The position numbers were made by a program, and so were the translations under genes. From an uncultured Acidobacteriaceae bacterium (GTDB taxonomy: Bacteria > Acidobacteriota > Terriglobia > Bryobacterales > Bryobacteraceae), in contig CAWFBU010000008.1 in assembly GCA_963814195.1 (NCBI GenBank), positions 19,659 through 83,658 of the forward strand: a DNA stretch of 64,000 nt. Reading direction: 5' to 3'. Each line of letters opens with the position of its first letter. Position 1 is the first letter of the stretch. Of this stretch, positions 18,458 to 26,693 are shown piece by piece. The notes under the pieces were generated by a model that saw only the letters and a list, made by a program, of their open reading frames with translations, was not told the origin of the DNA and made no database searches.

Positions 18458-18979
18458 GCCTCACGATACCGACGCCCTCAGGTTTGCGTTCTTGGGAGTG
18501 CTGACCCCGGGTCATTGGCGTATCAGCGAGCGGGCGAAGCCGGTACACTTCTGGCACGAATCGGGATAACGGTAATCAGCGGGTGCGGGAGCGCGGCGAC
18601 AAGACACGCGGCTGAACGGGCCGTCCAGGCGGGTGGACTAGTCGTCAGCATCATCCCGCCCGATGAGTTTCCTGAGCCGGATTGGCCCGCTACAGTCGTC
18701 ATACCTTGCGGTATGGGAGACGCCCGCAACCTGCTTATGGCACTGGCCGGAGACGCCTGCATCGTCATCGGCGGCCGGGCTGGAACTATCTCCGAAGTAT
18801 GTCTGGCTTATCTTCACAAGCGTCCCCTTCTTCCACTGGTGGGTTGTGGCGGTTGGTCGGATTCTCTTCCGACCAATCCACCCGATGAAAGAAAGAACTC
18901 CTTGATCTTGCCCTGGAGTTCCACGAGTGAGCTTGAGTCACAACTTCACAGTCTTCATCTGCCGGGGTCACCGGCTTGA
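18455..18979 (+). CDS. LOG/SLOG-like Rossmann-fold protein (TIGR00725-like)
   Basis: The pattern is LOG/DprA-like: 'VCVLGSADPGS...AGEAGTLLARIGITVISGCGS...AVQAGGLVVSIIP...ACIVIGGRAGTISEV'. This is a pattern-level call only. Confidence 0.45.
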   Translation: MASRYRRPQVCVLGSADPGSLAYQRAGEAGTLLARIGITVISGCGSAATRHAAERAVQAGGLVVSIIPPDEFPEPDWPATVVIPCGMGDARNLLMALAGDACIVIGGRAGTISEVCLAYLHKRPLLPLVGCGGWSDSLPTNPPDERKNSLILPWSSTSELESQLHSLHLPGSPA

Positions 18980-19412
18980 CTCAAGTTGGGCGCGTTCGAT
19001 TCAGGTCTGTGGAGTGAGTCGATTTCGACTCAAAGCTTGTTGAGGATATGTCACCGATCCTAGTTAGAAGCGCGTTGCCGTTCGATCTAGTTTCTCCGCC
19101 AGCGACGGGTAGAGTTTCCGCATTGCACCAGGAGTCGGCTATCTGGAAACTGAGAGCGGGTATAGATTGCATACAGGCGGACCTTCACCACTCCTATCCG
19201 TAAAAGCAGGCGCAACTCGCCTCGAGAGATGACCCAACCTTCCTGAGTCTGGGGGCGTGCCAGGATCCTCGAAATCCGAGGATGTATCCCGGAACTTTTA
19301 CAGGCGTATGGACATCTGTTGGCACGCGATCTAAAGAGATATGGAGCGACACCAATTACCGGTACGGTGGTTAACGCTCGGCAATTGATCGGCGAAGCTA
19401 GTCAGTCGTTAA

Positions 19413-19785
19413 ATGTCCCTTGAATCTATGAGCAGTCTGCAACCTAATCCAGCGAAAAAAAGCATCTTGAGCGTCGAAGATGATGATGCCACGTTTCACA
19501 CGCTCACCGTGGCGTTGGAGGAAGTGGGCTTGCCGGTGACTCTGTACCGAGCTTTAGATAGCGAAGACGCTCTCGACTTCCTCCACCAGAGGGGCGCATA
19601 CATGGATGCTCGCCGCCGGCCCTGATCCTCACGAACATCAATCTGCCCAAGCGCAGCGATTAAACGAGGAGAAGGCGCGTTGTCTAGCACTGGGCGCGAA
19701 GCGGTATATCGTTAAGCCGATATCCTATGCCGCCGTCCTCACGGCTGCTAAATCGGCGTTATCAGTGGCTGCAATTACATCGTGA
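19413..19785 (+). pseudogene. response-regulator receiver domain remnant (two frameshifts and an internal deletion)
   Basis: 'KSILSVEDDDATFHTLTVALEEVGLPVTLYRALDSEDALDFL' is in frame 1. 'ALILTNINLPKRSD*' is in frame 3. 'EEKARCLALGAKRYIVKPISYAAVL' is in frame 2. The roughly 25-30 residues that normally lie between 'LPK..' and the 'GA..YI.KP' helix are missing. Confidence 0.6.
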
Positions 19786-19803
19786 CGGACGAGGTGAACT
19801 TGA

Positions 19804-20178
19804 GTGCTTAGAGACGTTGAACATCCCGTAAGAAGCGCGCACAGGGTAGAGCTGCGGAGGCTTATCGTGATTGAGCTGGACCTCGGTTTTACGTTCCTGA
19901 CATCGGCGAGACTGTCCGGTGACTCCGGCCATACGGCTCACCAACAGCAGGCTCTGGGAAACGCCAGGGCGGCCTGTAAATCAGCAGCATACTTTTTGTT
20001 GAGGCTGCCAGACGCTGATGCTGGGGAGTTCCAGCACCGACTGAAACAGTTGCGCGAGGCGTTGGCTTTCGCCTTGTCCCAAAAGCGGCTTAGTACGCGC
20101 CTTCTGGAGAAAAGCGTGGGGGGGGACGATAGCGGACTACATCCGCGAGATCATGTGCAAAACACTGCCAGAGACTAA
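19804..20178 (+). CDS. hypothetical protein
   Basis: This is an open frame only, with no recognised family, and the start is unclear. Confidence 0.25.
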   Translation: MLRDVEHPVRSAHRVELRRLIVIELDLGFTFLTSARLSGDSGHTAHQQQALGNARAACKSAAYFLLRLPDADAGEFQHRLKQLREALAFALSQKRLSTRLLEKSVGGDDSGLHPRDHVQNTARD

Positions 20179-20340
20179 CCTCCCAACCTGAGGCCTGCCG
20201 GGTGCCACGGGAGGGGTCGGATCCTGGAGAGTCATTCTCCTCCCCGCAGAATCTTGCAAGCCATCCTGGGATTCATCCGATTGCATGGCGCTTTCTCCAC
20301 AAAACATTAAAGTTTCGATTTCTTCGAGCGAAGTGATGTT

Positions 20341-20694
20341 ATGGGGCACAAGCGTCGCTCACCCAGGAGAATGTGCATAGGAAGAGTCGATCTTCTTGTG
20401 CAGGCTAATGGACGCGAAGTGACCGAGAAGGGCATGATCCAGGACAAGTCTAAGATGGGCCTCGGTATCAAGATTCGCCGGGCCATTGAACCTGGTTCTG
20501 TTATCTCCCTAGTTCAGGGATTTACGACCAGGCTGGTCATCGTTCGGCATTGTACGCCAATCAAGCGCGCCTTCATGTTGGGTATCGAGTGGTACACCCC
20601 CAAGGATCTTGTGCCGGTTCCGGAACAGGCCCCCTGCGTCGAGTCTGTTGAGAATCTTGGTCCCGAAGGAAAGATCAAGAGAGTTTGGAACTGA
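20341..20694 (+). CDS. single-domain PilZ protein (c-di-GMP receptor type)
   Basis: Both PilZ motifs are present: 'RRSPRR' (RxxxR) and 'DKSKMG' (DxSxxG), about 25 residues apart. The protein ends in 'KIKRVWN*'. Confidence 0.7.
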   Translation: MGHKRRSPRRMCIGRVDLLVQANGREVTEKGMIQDKSKMGLGIKIRRAIEPGSVISLVQGFTTRLVIVRHCTPIKRAFMLGIEWYTPKDLVPVPEQAPCVESVENLGPEGKIKRVWN

Positions 20695-20770
20695 TTGAAG
20701 CCGAGCGTACCTGCGAACTCTTCGGACACAAATACGCTCAAGTTTTCCTATTTGCAAGCGAGATGAATTT

Positions 20771-21250
20771 ATGAGGCAAAATCGGCGTTATGCGAGGAGG
20801 CAATCCATCGGCAGGGTCAAAGTATCCTGGAAGGCCGAGGGACGTGGCATAACCGAATGGGGAATGATTCAGGACCGGTCGGAAGGCGGGCTTGGTATGA
20901 AAATTCCGAGGGCCATCAAAACCGATTCGATCATCGCCGTTTCCCAGGGATTCTCGACCATGTTCGGAATCGTCCGGCACTGCACTAAAGTCAATGGTCA
21001 CTTCTTCATCGGAGTCGAATTCTGCGCCGTCGAAGAGACTTCGAAGCAGCCCTCAGCCGGTGCGGGCGGAGTCGCTGTCAGTTCCGACAGCGATGAGGAT
21101 AAGAAGCCGATGGAAGAACCTAGCGCCGACACCGAACCAGATTCTGACGAAGACGATGCCGACGACTATATGGCGGGTGTCTCGTTTACTACGGGTCCTC
21201 GGCCGGGAGCCCGTCGCGTCGAGCTAAAACCCAAGAGGGTCTGGGAATAG
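20771..21250 (+). CDS. PilZ protein paralog with an acidic C-terminal extension
   Basis: It has 'RRYARR' and 'DRSEGG' and an acidic tract 'SSDSDEDKKPMEEPSADTEPDSDEDDADD'. It ends in 'KPKRVWE*'. Confidence 0.7.
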   Translation: MRQNRRYARRQSIGRVKVSWKAEGRGITEWGMIQDRSEGGLGMKIPRAIKTDSIIAVSQGFSTMFGIVRHCTKVNGHFFIGVEFCAVEETSKQPSAGAGGVAVSSDSDEDKKPMEEPSADTEPDSDEDDADDYMAGVSFTTGPRPGARRVELKPKRVWE

Positions 21251-21258
21251 TACCGAGC

Positions 21259-22206
21259 CTACGCGGATGTACCTGGGTTTTGGAAGCGGATCTTGAACAG
21301 CTGAAGTCCATTCAACCAGGTAATTTGCCGAAAGATTTCCGGCTGGGAAAGCCCCTGCAATAATTGCAGCGTTTGCCTCGCGACACACTTACCCGCTAAT
21401 CGATTTGCTTCAGGGTTATTCCCTTGTGAAACCCCGGCACCATGGCCGTCTTCACAGCTGCAGTCGCTTCCGAAGATCAATTTGCTCCGGTGGCGTGTAA
21501 TGAATTGGCGCGAGAAGCCAGTGTCGCGGGACAGCGCATTGTTCCCTGAGTTCGCGGACATATCTGCGTAGAGGTTGGGAAAATCCGATAGAAAGCGGTC
21601 GGTCAAACCGCCGGGCTTAATCGGTCCGGAAGGATAGCCGCGATCGGTGGGGACATCGGCACTGATATGGGCCCAGAATAAGTCTCCGTGTCCTATGAAA
21701 TTCGTCTTCGAATGCGCCCGCAGGACCCGATCGAAGGTCGTATAACCGGTGTTATAGGGAAGTTCACCGGCGAAATGGGGATAGTTCTGGATATGCATCA
21801 TCACTGGCACCTTCATCTCGGCCGCGATGTCAAACACCCGCTTCATCTCGGGAGAGTCCAAGGCCAAATGGTACTTGAGTTCGCCGATGCTGACAGCTCC
21901 GCTTTGGAGAGCTTGGCGAAACACGGACGCTGAATCCGGCGCCGATGGGTCGTAGGAAACGGAGCGCGCAAAGACTTGGGGGCGTTTATTCATCTCATCC
22001 ACAGCCTTCGATTCATCCTTGGCCTGAGTTAGCAAAACAGCGTTCGTAACGCCACAACCTTGTATGTGAGTGAAGCAAGCGTCGGGATCGCGACGCAGAT
22101 GAAGGTGAGTGTCCAGCACCGGTCCGCCCCACTCATTCGCCGGTTGAGACCAAAGTGCAGGAACGGAAGCGGCCACTGCAGCTTTCAGGAAGGCTCGTCT
22201 TTGCAT
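21259..22206 (-). CDS. Tat-signal amidohydrolase-2-type metal-dependent hydrolase
   Basis: The start MQRRAFLKAAVAASVPALWS is at 22206. Family-like segments include 'VLDTHLHL', 'VPVMMH', 'FIGHGDLFW' and 'LIFGSDCS'. The longer ORF upstream overlaps the divergent gene. Confidence 0.7.
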   Translation of the reverse strand: MQRRAFLKAAVAASVPALWSQPANEWGGPVLDTHLHLRRDPDACFTHIQGCGVTNAVLLTQAKDESKAVDEMNKRPQVFARSVSYDPSAPDSASVFRQALQSGAVSIGELKYHLALDSPEMKRVFDIAAEMKVPVMMHIQNYPHFAGELPYNTGYTTFDRVLRAHSKTNFIGHGDLFWAHISADVPTDRGYPSGPIKPGGLTDRFLSDFPNLYADMSANSGNNALSRDTGFSRQFITRHRSKLIFGSDCSCEDGHGAGVSQGNNPEANRLAGKCVARQTLQLLQGLSQPEIFRQITWLNGLQLFKIRFQNPGTSA

Positions 22207-22248
22207 TGAAGTTATAGTACTTCTCCTCCTGCGTACAATACAAAGCGC

Positions 22249-22692
22249 ATGAGAAAGATTGTTCCCGCACTTTTCGCCCTCGCCTCCGTGACGGCCGCCG
22301 CCGATTTTCAAAGCGCAAAGCAGATTAGCGAAACCAGCAACAAGCTGATTGGAAAGGGCGAGCCCTTCGCAAGCGCTGAACTTGGGCGCTACAAGGGCCA
22401 TTACACTTTGTTGGCGGTACGAAACCATACCGGTTCGGCAGAAGTGCACGAGAACGAGGCGGACTATTTCGTCGTGGAAAAGGGCGGCGGGATCTTAATC
22501 ACCGGCGGCAAGGTCATCAATCCCAAAACGCAAAAAGCCGGTGAGATTCGTGGCACCTCCATCCAGGGCGGAGAGCGGCATACGATTGGACTCGGGGACG
22601 TGGTGCACATTCCGGCAGGCGAACCTCATCAACTGCTAATCAAAGACGGCGAGCCCATCTCGTATTTCGTGATCAAGGTTTCCGGACAGTAG
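22249..22692 (+). CDS. secreted cupin-domain protein
   Basis: It has a signal peptide (MRKIVPALFALASVTAAA). 'HENEADYFVVEKGGG...GDVVHIPAGEPHQL' is cupin-like. Confidence 0.6.
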   Translation: MRKIVPALFALASVTAAADFQSAKQISETSNKLIGKGEPFASAELGRYKGHYTLLAVRNHTGSAEVHENEADYFVVEKGGGILITGGKVINPKTQKAGEIRGTSIQGGERHTIGLGDVVHIPAGEPHQLLIKDGEPISYFVIKVSGQ

Positions 22693-22710
22693 GAGAGTTA
22701 TTCTGCTTGC

Positions 22711-24147
22711 ATGCTGGCTGCGATTGTACTGCTCGTTTCGCAAGCCGCCTTATCCGATCGCATTGAGGCAGCCACGAGCGCTCTGCGTGAGCGCCGGTTT
22801 TCCGAAGCGCTGGCCATCACCAAAGAACTGACTACAACCGACGGTAAGGATGCGAGACTGTGGACGCTGCAAGGCTTTGCACATGCAGGTTTGCAGGAGC
22901 AGCAGGCCGCGCTTGGAGATTTCCGCCGGGCTGTTGCTCTTTCCCCGGACTATCTGCCCGCCCTGAAGGCCGAGGCGCAGATCGAGTATGCGACGCACGA
23001 TGAGCGTTGCAGTCGAACTCTCGGCCACATCATAGAGTTGCAGCCGAATGAGCCGGTGAGCCATGCGATGCGGGCTGCGCTTGCGTATCAGCGGCGGGAC
23101 TGCAAGACGGTTGTGGCGGACTATGCAGCGAGTGAGACATACATCTCGTCACAACCGCCGGCGCTAAGCGAATTCGGGCAGTGCCTGTTTCAGACCGGCC
23201 AGAAGGACAAAGGAGTCGAGCAATTACGGAAGGCTGTCGCGCTTGAGCCTTCCTCTCGGGAGCAGCGATATAACTTGGCCGTAGCGGAGCTTTCTTCAGG
23301 CCACGCAGCCGACGCGCTCGCGGCCTTGGAACCACTGCTCGCCTCGGGCGACGTCGAGGCGCTGGATCTCGCTTCAGGTTCGTATGAACAGATAGGCAAC
23401 ACACCAAAGGCGGTGGAAACTCTGCGGCAGGCCATTATCCGAGAGCCTTCCAAGCCGAGTTTGTATCTCCATTTTGCCGACCTCTGTTTTGCTCACAACT
23501 CTTTTCAAGTCGGCATCGACATGGTGAATGCGGGATTGCAGAAAGTGCCTGGTTCGGCGCAGTTGTACCTGGCTCGCGGCATCCTGTTTGTGCAATTGGG
23601 GAAGTATGAGGAAGCAGAGAAAGACTTCGACAAAGCTGCCGAGCTGGATCCATCGCAAAGCTATAGCTCGGTCGCGCGGGGCCTGACTCAACTGCAGCAG
23701 AGCAACCTTGATCAGGCCTTGGCGATCGCGCGGGCCCAGCTGAAGCAGAATCCTAAAGACGGATATCTCTGGTACGTAAAGGCCGAGACGTTGCGGCAGC
23801 GAGGTGTTGAACCGGGGACGGCGGATTTCCAGGAGGCGTTCGCCGCGGCACAGAAAGCTTTGGAATTGAAGGCTCGCTTTCCACTGGCGGAAGATCTTCT
23901 TGGATCTTTGTACCTACAGAAAGGGCAGTTCGAGCCCGCTTTGAAGTGCTTCAAAGAAGTAATCGAGGCCGAGCCCAACAACGAGTCGGCCATTTATCAT
24001 ATGATCGTTGCCTCGCGGAGAAGCCGCCATGCGGAGGCGGTTCCTGACCTGATGAAGCGACTGGCGAGAGCAAAGGTTATCAACAGAAAGCGGGATGAAG
24101 AGATGAACCGCTATACCTTTGTCGAACCAGCCGAGCGTTCTAAGTAG
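22711..24147 (+). CDS. TPR-repeat protein
   Basis: 478 aa of tandem 34-residue A/L/Y/P-patterned repeats, for example 'AEKDFDKAAELDPSQ' and 'ALKCFKEVIEAEPNN'. Confidence 0.7.
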   Translation: MLAAIVLLVSQAALSDRIEAATSALRERRFSEALAITKELTTTDGKDARLWTLQGFAHAGLQEQQAALGDFRRAVALSPDYLPALKAEAQIEYATHDERCSRTLGHIIELQPNEPVSHAMRAALAYQRRDCKTVVADYAASETYISSQPPALSEFGQCLFQTGQKDKGVEQLRKAVALEPSSREQRYNLAVAELSSGHAADALAALEPLLASGDVEALDLASGSYEQIGNTPKAVETLRQAIIREPSKPSLYLHFADLCFAHNSFQVGIDMVNAGLQKVPGSAQLYLARGILFVQLGKYEEAEKDFDKAAELDPSQSYSSVARGLTQLQQSNLDQALAIARAQLKQNPKDGYLWYVKAETLRQRGVEPGTADFQEAFAAAQKALELKARFPLAEDLLGSLYLQKGQFEPALKCFKEVIEAEPNNESAIYHMIVASRRSRHAEAVPDLMKRLARAKVINRKRDEEMNRYTFVEPAERSK

Positions 24148-24211
24148 CTGGTGTCCGGAGGGTAGAGCGCCGGCAGACCACAGAAACCGATGGTCCGCCC
24201 CACCTTGCGCG

Positions 24212-26665
24212 TTAATGAACCTGCCATTCTTCAATACCCGCAGAGGCCTTTGTCTGCGGCTGTAAGACCAGGCGGAGAGCAGAGGTGGTGACCGGTGTGA
24301 ACGTGACCTGGTTGTATCGATCGGGCGCGACTCCGTATGAGCCTTTCGAATCCACGGGCTTCCATTGATCCCCGTCGCGGTACAGCAACTTCCAGCTGGC
24401 GGGTAGCTTCACGCGCGATTCGCCAGGTCCAGTGAACCAGTAGACTTCACTGCTCGATACGCGGGTAGGCGCCGGGAAGTCGTACTGGATCCACTCTTCC
24501 GCACCGGTCTTGGGAAGCCAGTCGTAGTAAGAACTGGTGTCGGTGGAGGATGCCGGCGGCTCCTGGTCGGCAACCATGCGAGGATCACGATTGCCGTTTT
24601 CGGCCATAGTCGGTCCGGAAGAAGTGACCTTGCTTTTCGAAGCGAGACTGGGGAACGGTGTGGGACGAGCAGAGGCCGGGGAGGTGGCGATCCAGACTTC
24701 CATTTGACCGGGACCACGGTTGGCCCAGGCATAGTAGGGGATCGCTTCGAACGGCTCTTCCGCATGCTGCATCTGATTGTTCGCATTCAGATGGTAAGCG
24801 ACGGCCGTGCCCTTCAGTACTTCTACGCCGTGAAGAAGAGCTGGTTCGAAATCGGCCTTCAGTTTGGCGGTTTCCGGTAAGACCAGATTGCGGACATGCT
24901 TATCGGGACTGTCGGCCCACTCCGCGCAGTAAACGATCGGCCCACGCTGCAGGGCGACTTTGCCGCGATCGGCTTCCACTTTCTCGTTGGCGGCAACGCG
25001 GTGAATCGGCATGGGGAGATCCAGATCAACCACGTCACCTTGTTTCCAGGCACGGGAGATGGTTGCGTAGCCATGATCAAGAGCCAGAGCCTGCTCATGC
25101 CCATTCACTTTCAGATGAATGGGGAGCGAGCGGGCATCAGCGTCGGTGAAGCGATACAAATCGCCAGGAACCGCCTCACCGCGAGCCCAGCCGGGCACAC
25201 GAAGCTTGAGAGTGAAAGTGCCAGGCTCCTGCGGATCGAGGGTTACTTTGATGTTGCCGTCCCAGGGATACCGGGTTTGTTGAGCGACCGTCAGTTTGCG
25301 GCCCGAATCCAGTTTCACATCGGCCTTGTTGCTCATGAAGAGGTTGACATACAGGGTGTCGCCCTTCTGGGCATATACGTAGCCAGGGATGGAGGGCGTA
25401 AAGCGCGTGATGTTGCCGGGGCAACAGGCAACTCCAAACCATGGGCTGCGCTGATGCTGACCGTTCGATTCGAGAGGGTTGGGATAGAAGTATGTCTGAC
25501 CGTCCAGAGAGACGCCGGAGATGAGACCGTTGTAGAGGGTGCGTTCCAGCACGTCGACATACTTGGCGTCACCATGCAGGAGGAAGAGACGCTGACTCCA
25601 GAAATCATTGGCGACGGCGGCGCAGGTCTCGTTGTAAGCAGTCATGTTGGGGAGCTGGTAATTCGCTCCGAAGGCCTCGCCTTCTCCCAACGCGCCGATA
25701 CCGCCGGTGATGTAGTACTTCTTCTCGACCATGTTGTCCCAGATCTGGTCGATGGCTTTTAAGTAGGCGGGGTCGCCCGTGAGCGCGGCAACATCGGCCA
25801 TGCCTGAGTACATGTAGGCGGCACGCACAGCATGACCTTCGGGCTCCGCCTGATCAATGACACGCTGGTCGGCCTGATTATAGGCACGACCGCCAGGACC
25901 GCGGCTATCCAGCATGAACTTGGCCAAGTCGAGGTAGTCCTGCTTGCCAGTGACCCGGTAGAGCTTTACCAAGCCCATTTCAACAATCTGGTGTCCGGGA
26001 TAAATCTTCCGCTTGCCAGGACCGAAGGTCTTCACAAGAAGATCGGCACTTTTCAGCGCGACATTCAGCAACGTGCGATCGCCGGTAGCCTGATAGTTCG
26101 CAACGGCAGCTTCGTACAGATGGCCGAGATTGTAGAGTTCGTGACTGAGAATCTCTTCGTTGACCCAACGTTCTTTTCCAGCCCAGGGATGAGGGTTCTG
26201 CGGATCGATGGATCGAGTGGTGTAGAGGTAGCCGTCGGGCTCCTGAGCCGCGACTATCTTCTGGATCAGACCGTTGACATAGGCCTGCAGTTTGGGATCG
26301 GGGTGAACGCTAAGCGTGTAGGATGCGCCTTCGATCACCTTGTAGATATCGGTGTCATCGAATGGAAAGCCGGGCGCGTGTTTATCGGTCAGAGTCTGCC
26401 CATGAATGGCCTCCGCAGCTCGCACGAAGTTTTCGACGCGGCCGGTTCGTTCACATTGATCGAAGGCGGTCGGGATACTGACCTTGCGATTGATCTCAAT
26501 GCGTGGCGCCCAGAACTGGTCGTTGATATGGACGTCGGTAAACGGGACGGGCTTGATGGGGTAATCGTGTGCCGCGGCGCCGGTCTGGGCAAAGAGGGGC
26601 GACAAGCACACAGGCGATAGGCAAACGAGCAGCGCCGCCCCGGGTAACAGGAGTTTAGTAGACAC
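24212..26665 (-). CDS. glycoside hydrolase family 127 (DUF1680, beta-L-arabinofuranosidase-like) with a C-terminal discoidin-like domain
   Basis: It has a signal peptide. GH127-type segments include 'SHELYNLGHLYEAAVANYQATGDRTLLN', 'YPGHQIVEMGLVKLYRVTG' and 'EGHAVRAAYMYSGMADVA'. The tail 'WIQYDF...EVYWF' is F5/8-type-C-like. Confidence 0.8.
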   Translation of the reverse strand: MSTKLLLPGAALLVCLSPVCLSPLFAQTGAAAHDYPIKPVPFTDVHINDQFWAPRIEINRKVSIPTAFDQCERTGRVENFVRAAEAIHGQTLTDKHAPGFPFDDTDIYKVIEGASYTLSVHPDPKLQAYVNGLIQKIVAAQEPDGYLYTTRSIDPQNPHPWAGKERWVNEEILSHELYNLGHLYEAAVANYQATGDRTLLNVALKSADLLVKTFGPGKRKIYPGHQIVEMGLVKLYRVTGKQDYLDLAKFMLDSRGPGGRAYNQADQRVIDQAEPEGHAVRAAYMYSGMADVAALTGDPAYLKAIDQIWDNMVEKKYYITGGIGALGEGEAFGANYQLPNMTAYNETCAAVANDFWSQRLFLLHGDAKYVDVLERTLYNGLISGVSLDGQTYFYPNPLESNGQHQRSPWFGVACCPGNITRFTPSIPGYVYAQKGDTLYVNLFMSNKADVKLDSGRKLTVAQQTRYPWDGNIKVTLDPQEPGTFTLKLRVPGWARGEAVPGDLYRFTDADARSLPIHLKVNGHEQALALDHGYATISRAWKQGDVVDLDLPMPIHRVAANEKVEADRGKVALQRGPIVYCAEWADSPDKHVRNLVLPETAKLKADFEPALLHGVEVLKGTAVAYHLNANNQMQHAEEPFEAIPYYAWANRGPGQMEVWIATSPASARPTPFPSLASKSKVTSSGPTMAENGNRDPRMVADQEPPASSTDTSSYYDWLPKTGAEEWIQYDFPAPTRVSSSEVYWFTGPGESRVKLPASWKLLYRDGDQWKPVDSKGSYGVAPDRYNQVTFTPVTTSALRLVLQPQTKASAGIEEWQVH

Positions 26666-26693
26666 GAACGAGATGAGCCTTTACGGACGGACG

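Noticed and set aside
18981-19412. 430-nt gene-free stretch with a 7-bp hairpin (atcctcg-aaatc-cgaggat, about 19265-19283), possibly an sRNA
   Set aside because: There is no conserved-looking structure, promoter or terminator pair that I could support by eye. It is left unannotated.
24896-26620. Two long plus-strand ORFs (288 and 262 aa)
   Set aside because: Both lie antisense to the GH127 gene, and neither has a recognisable domain.
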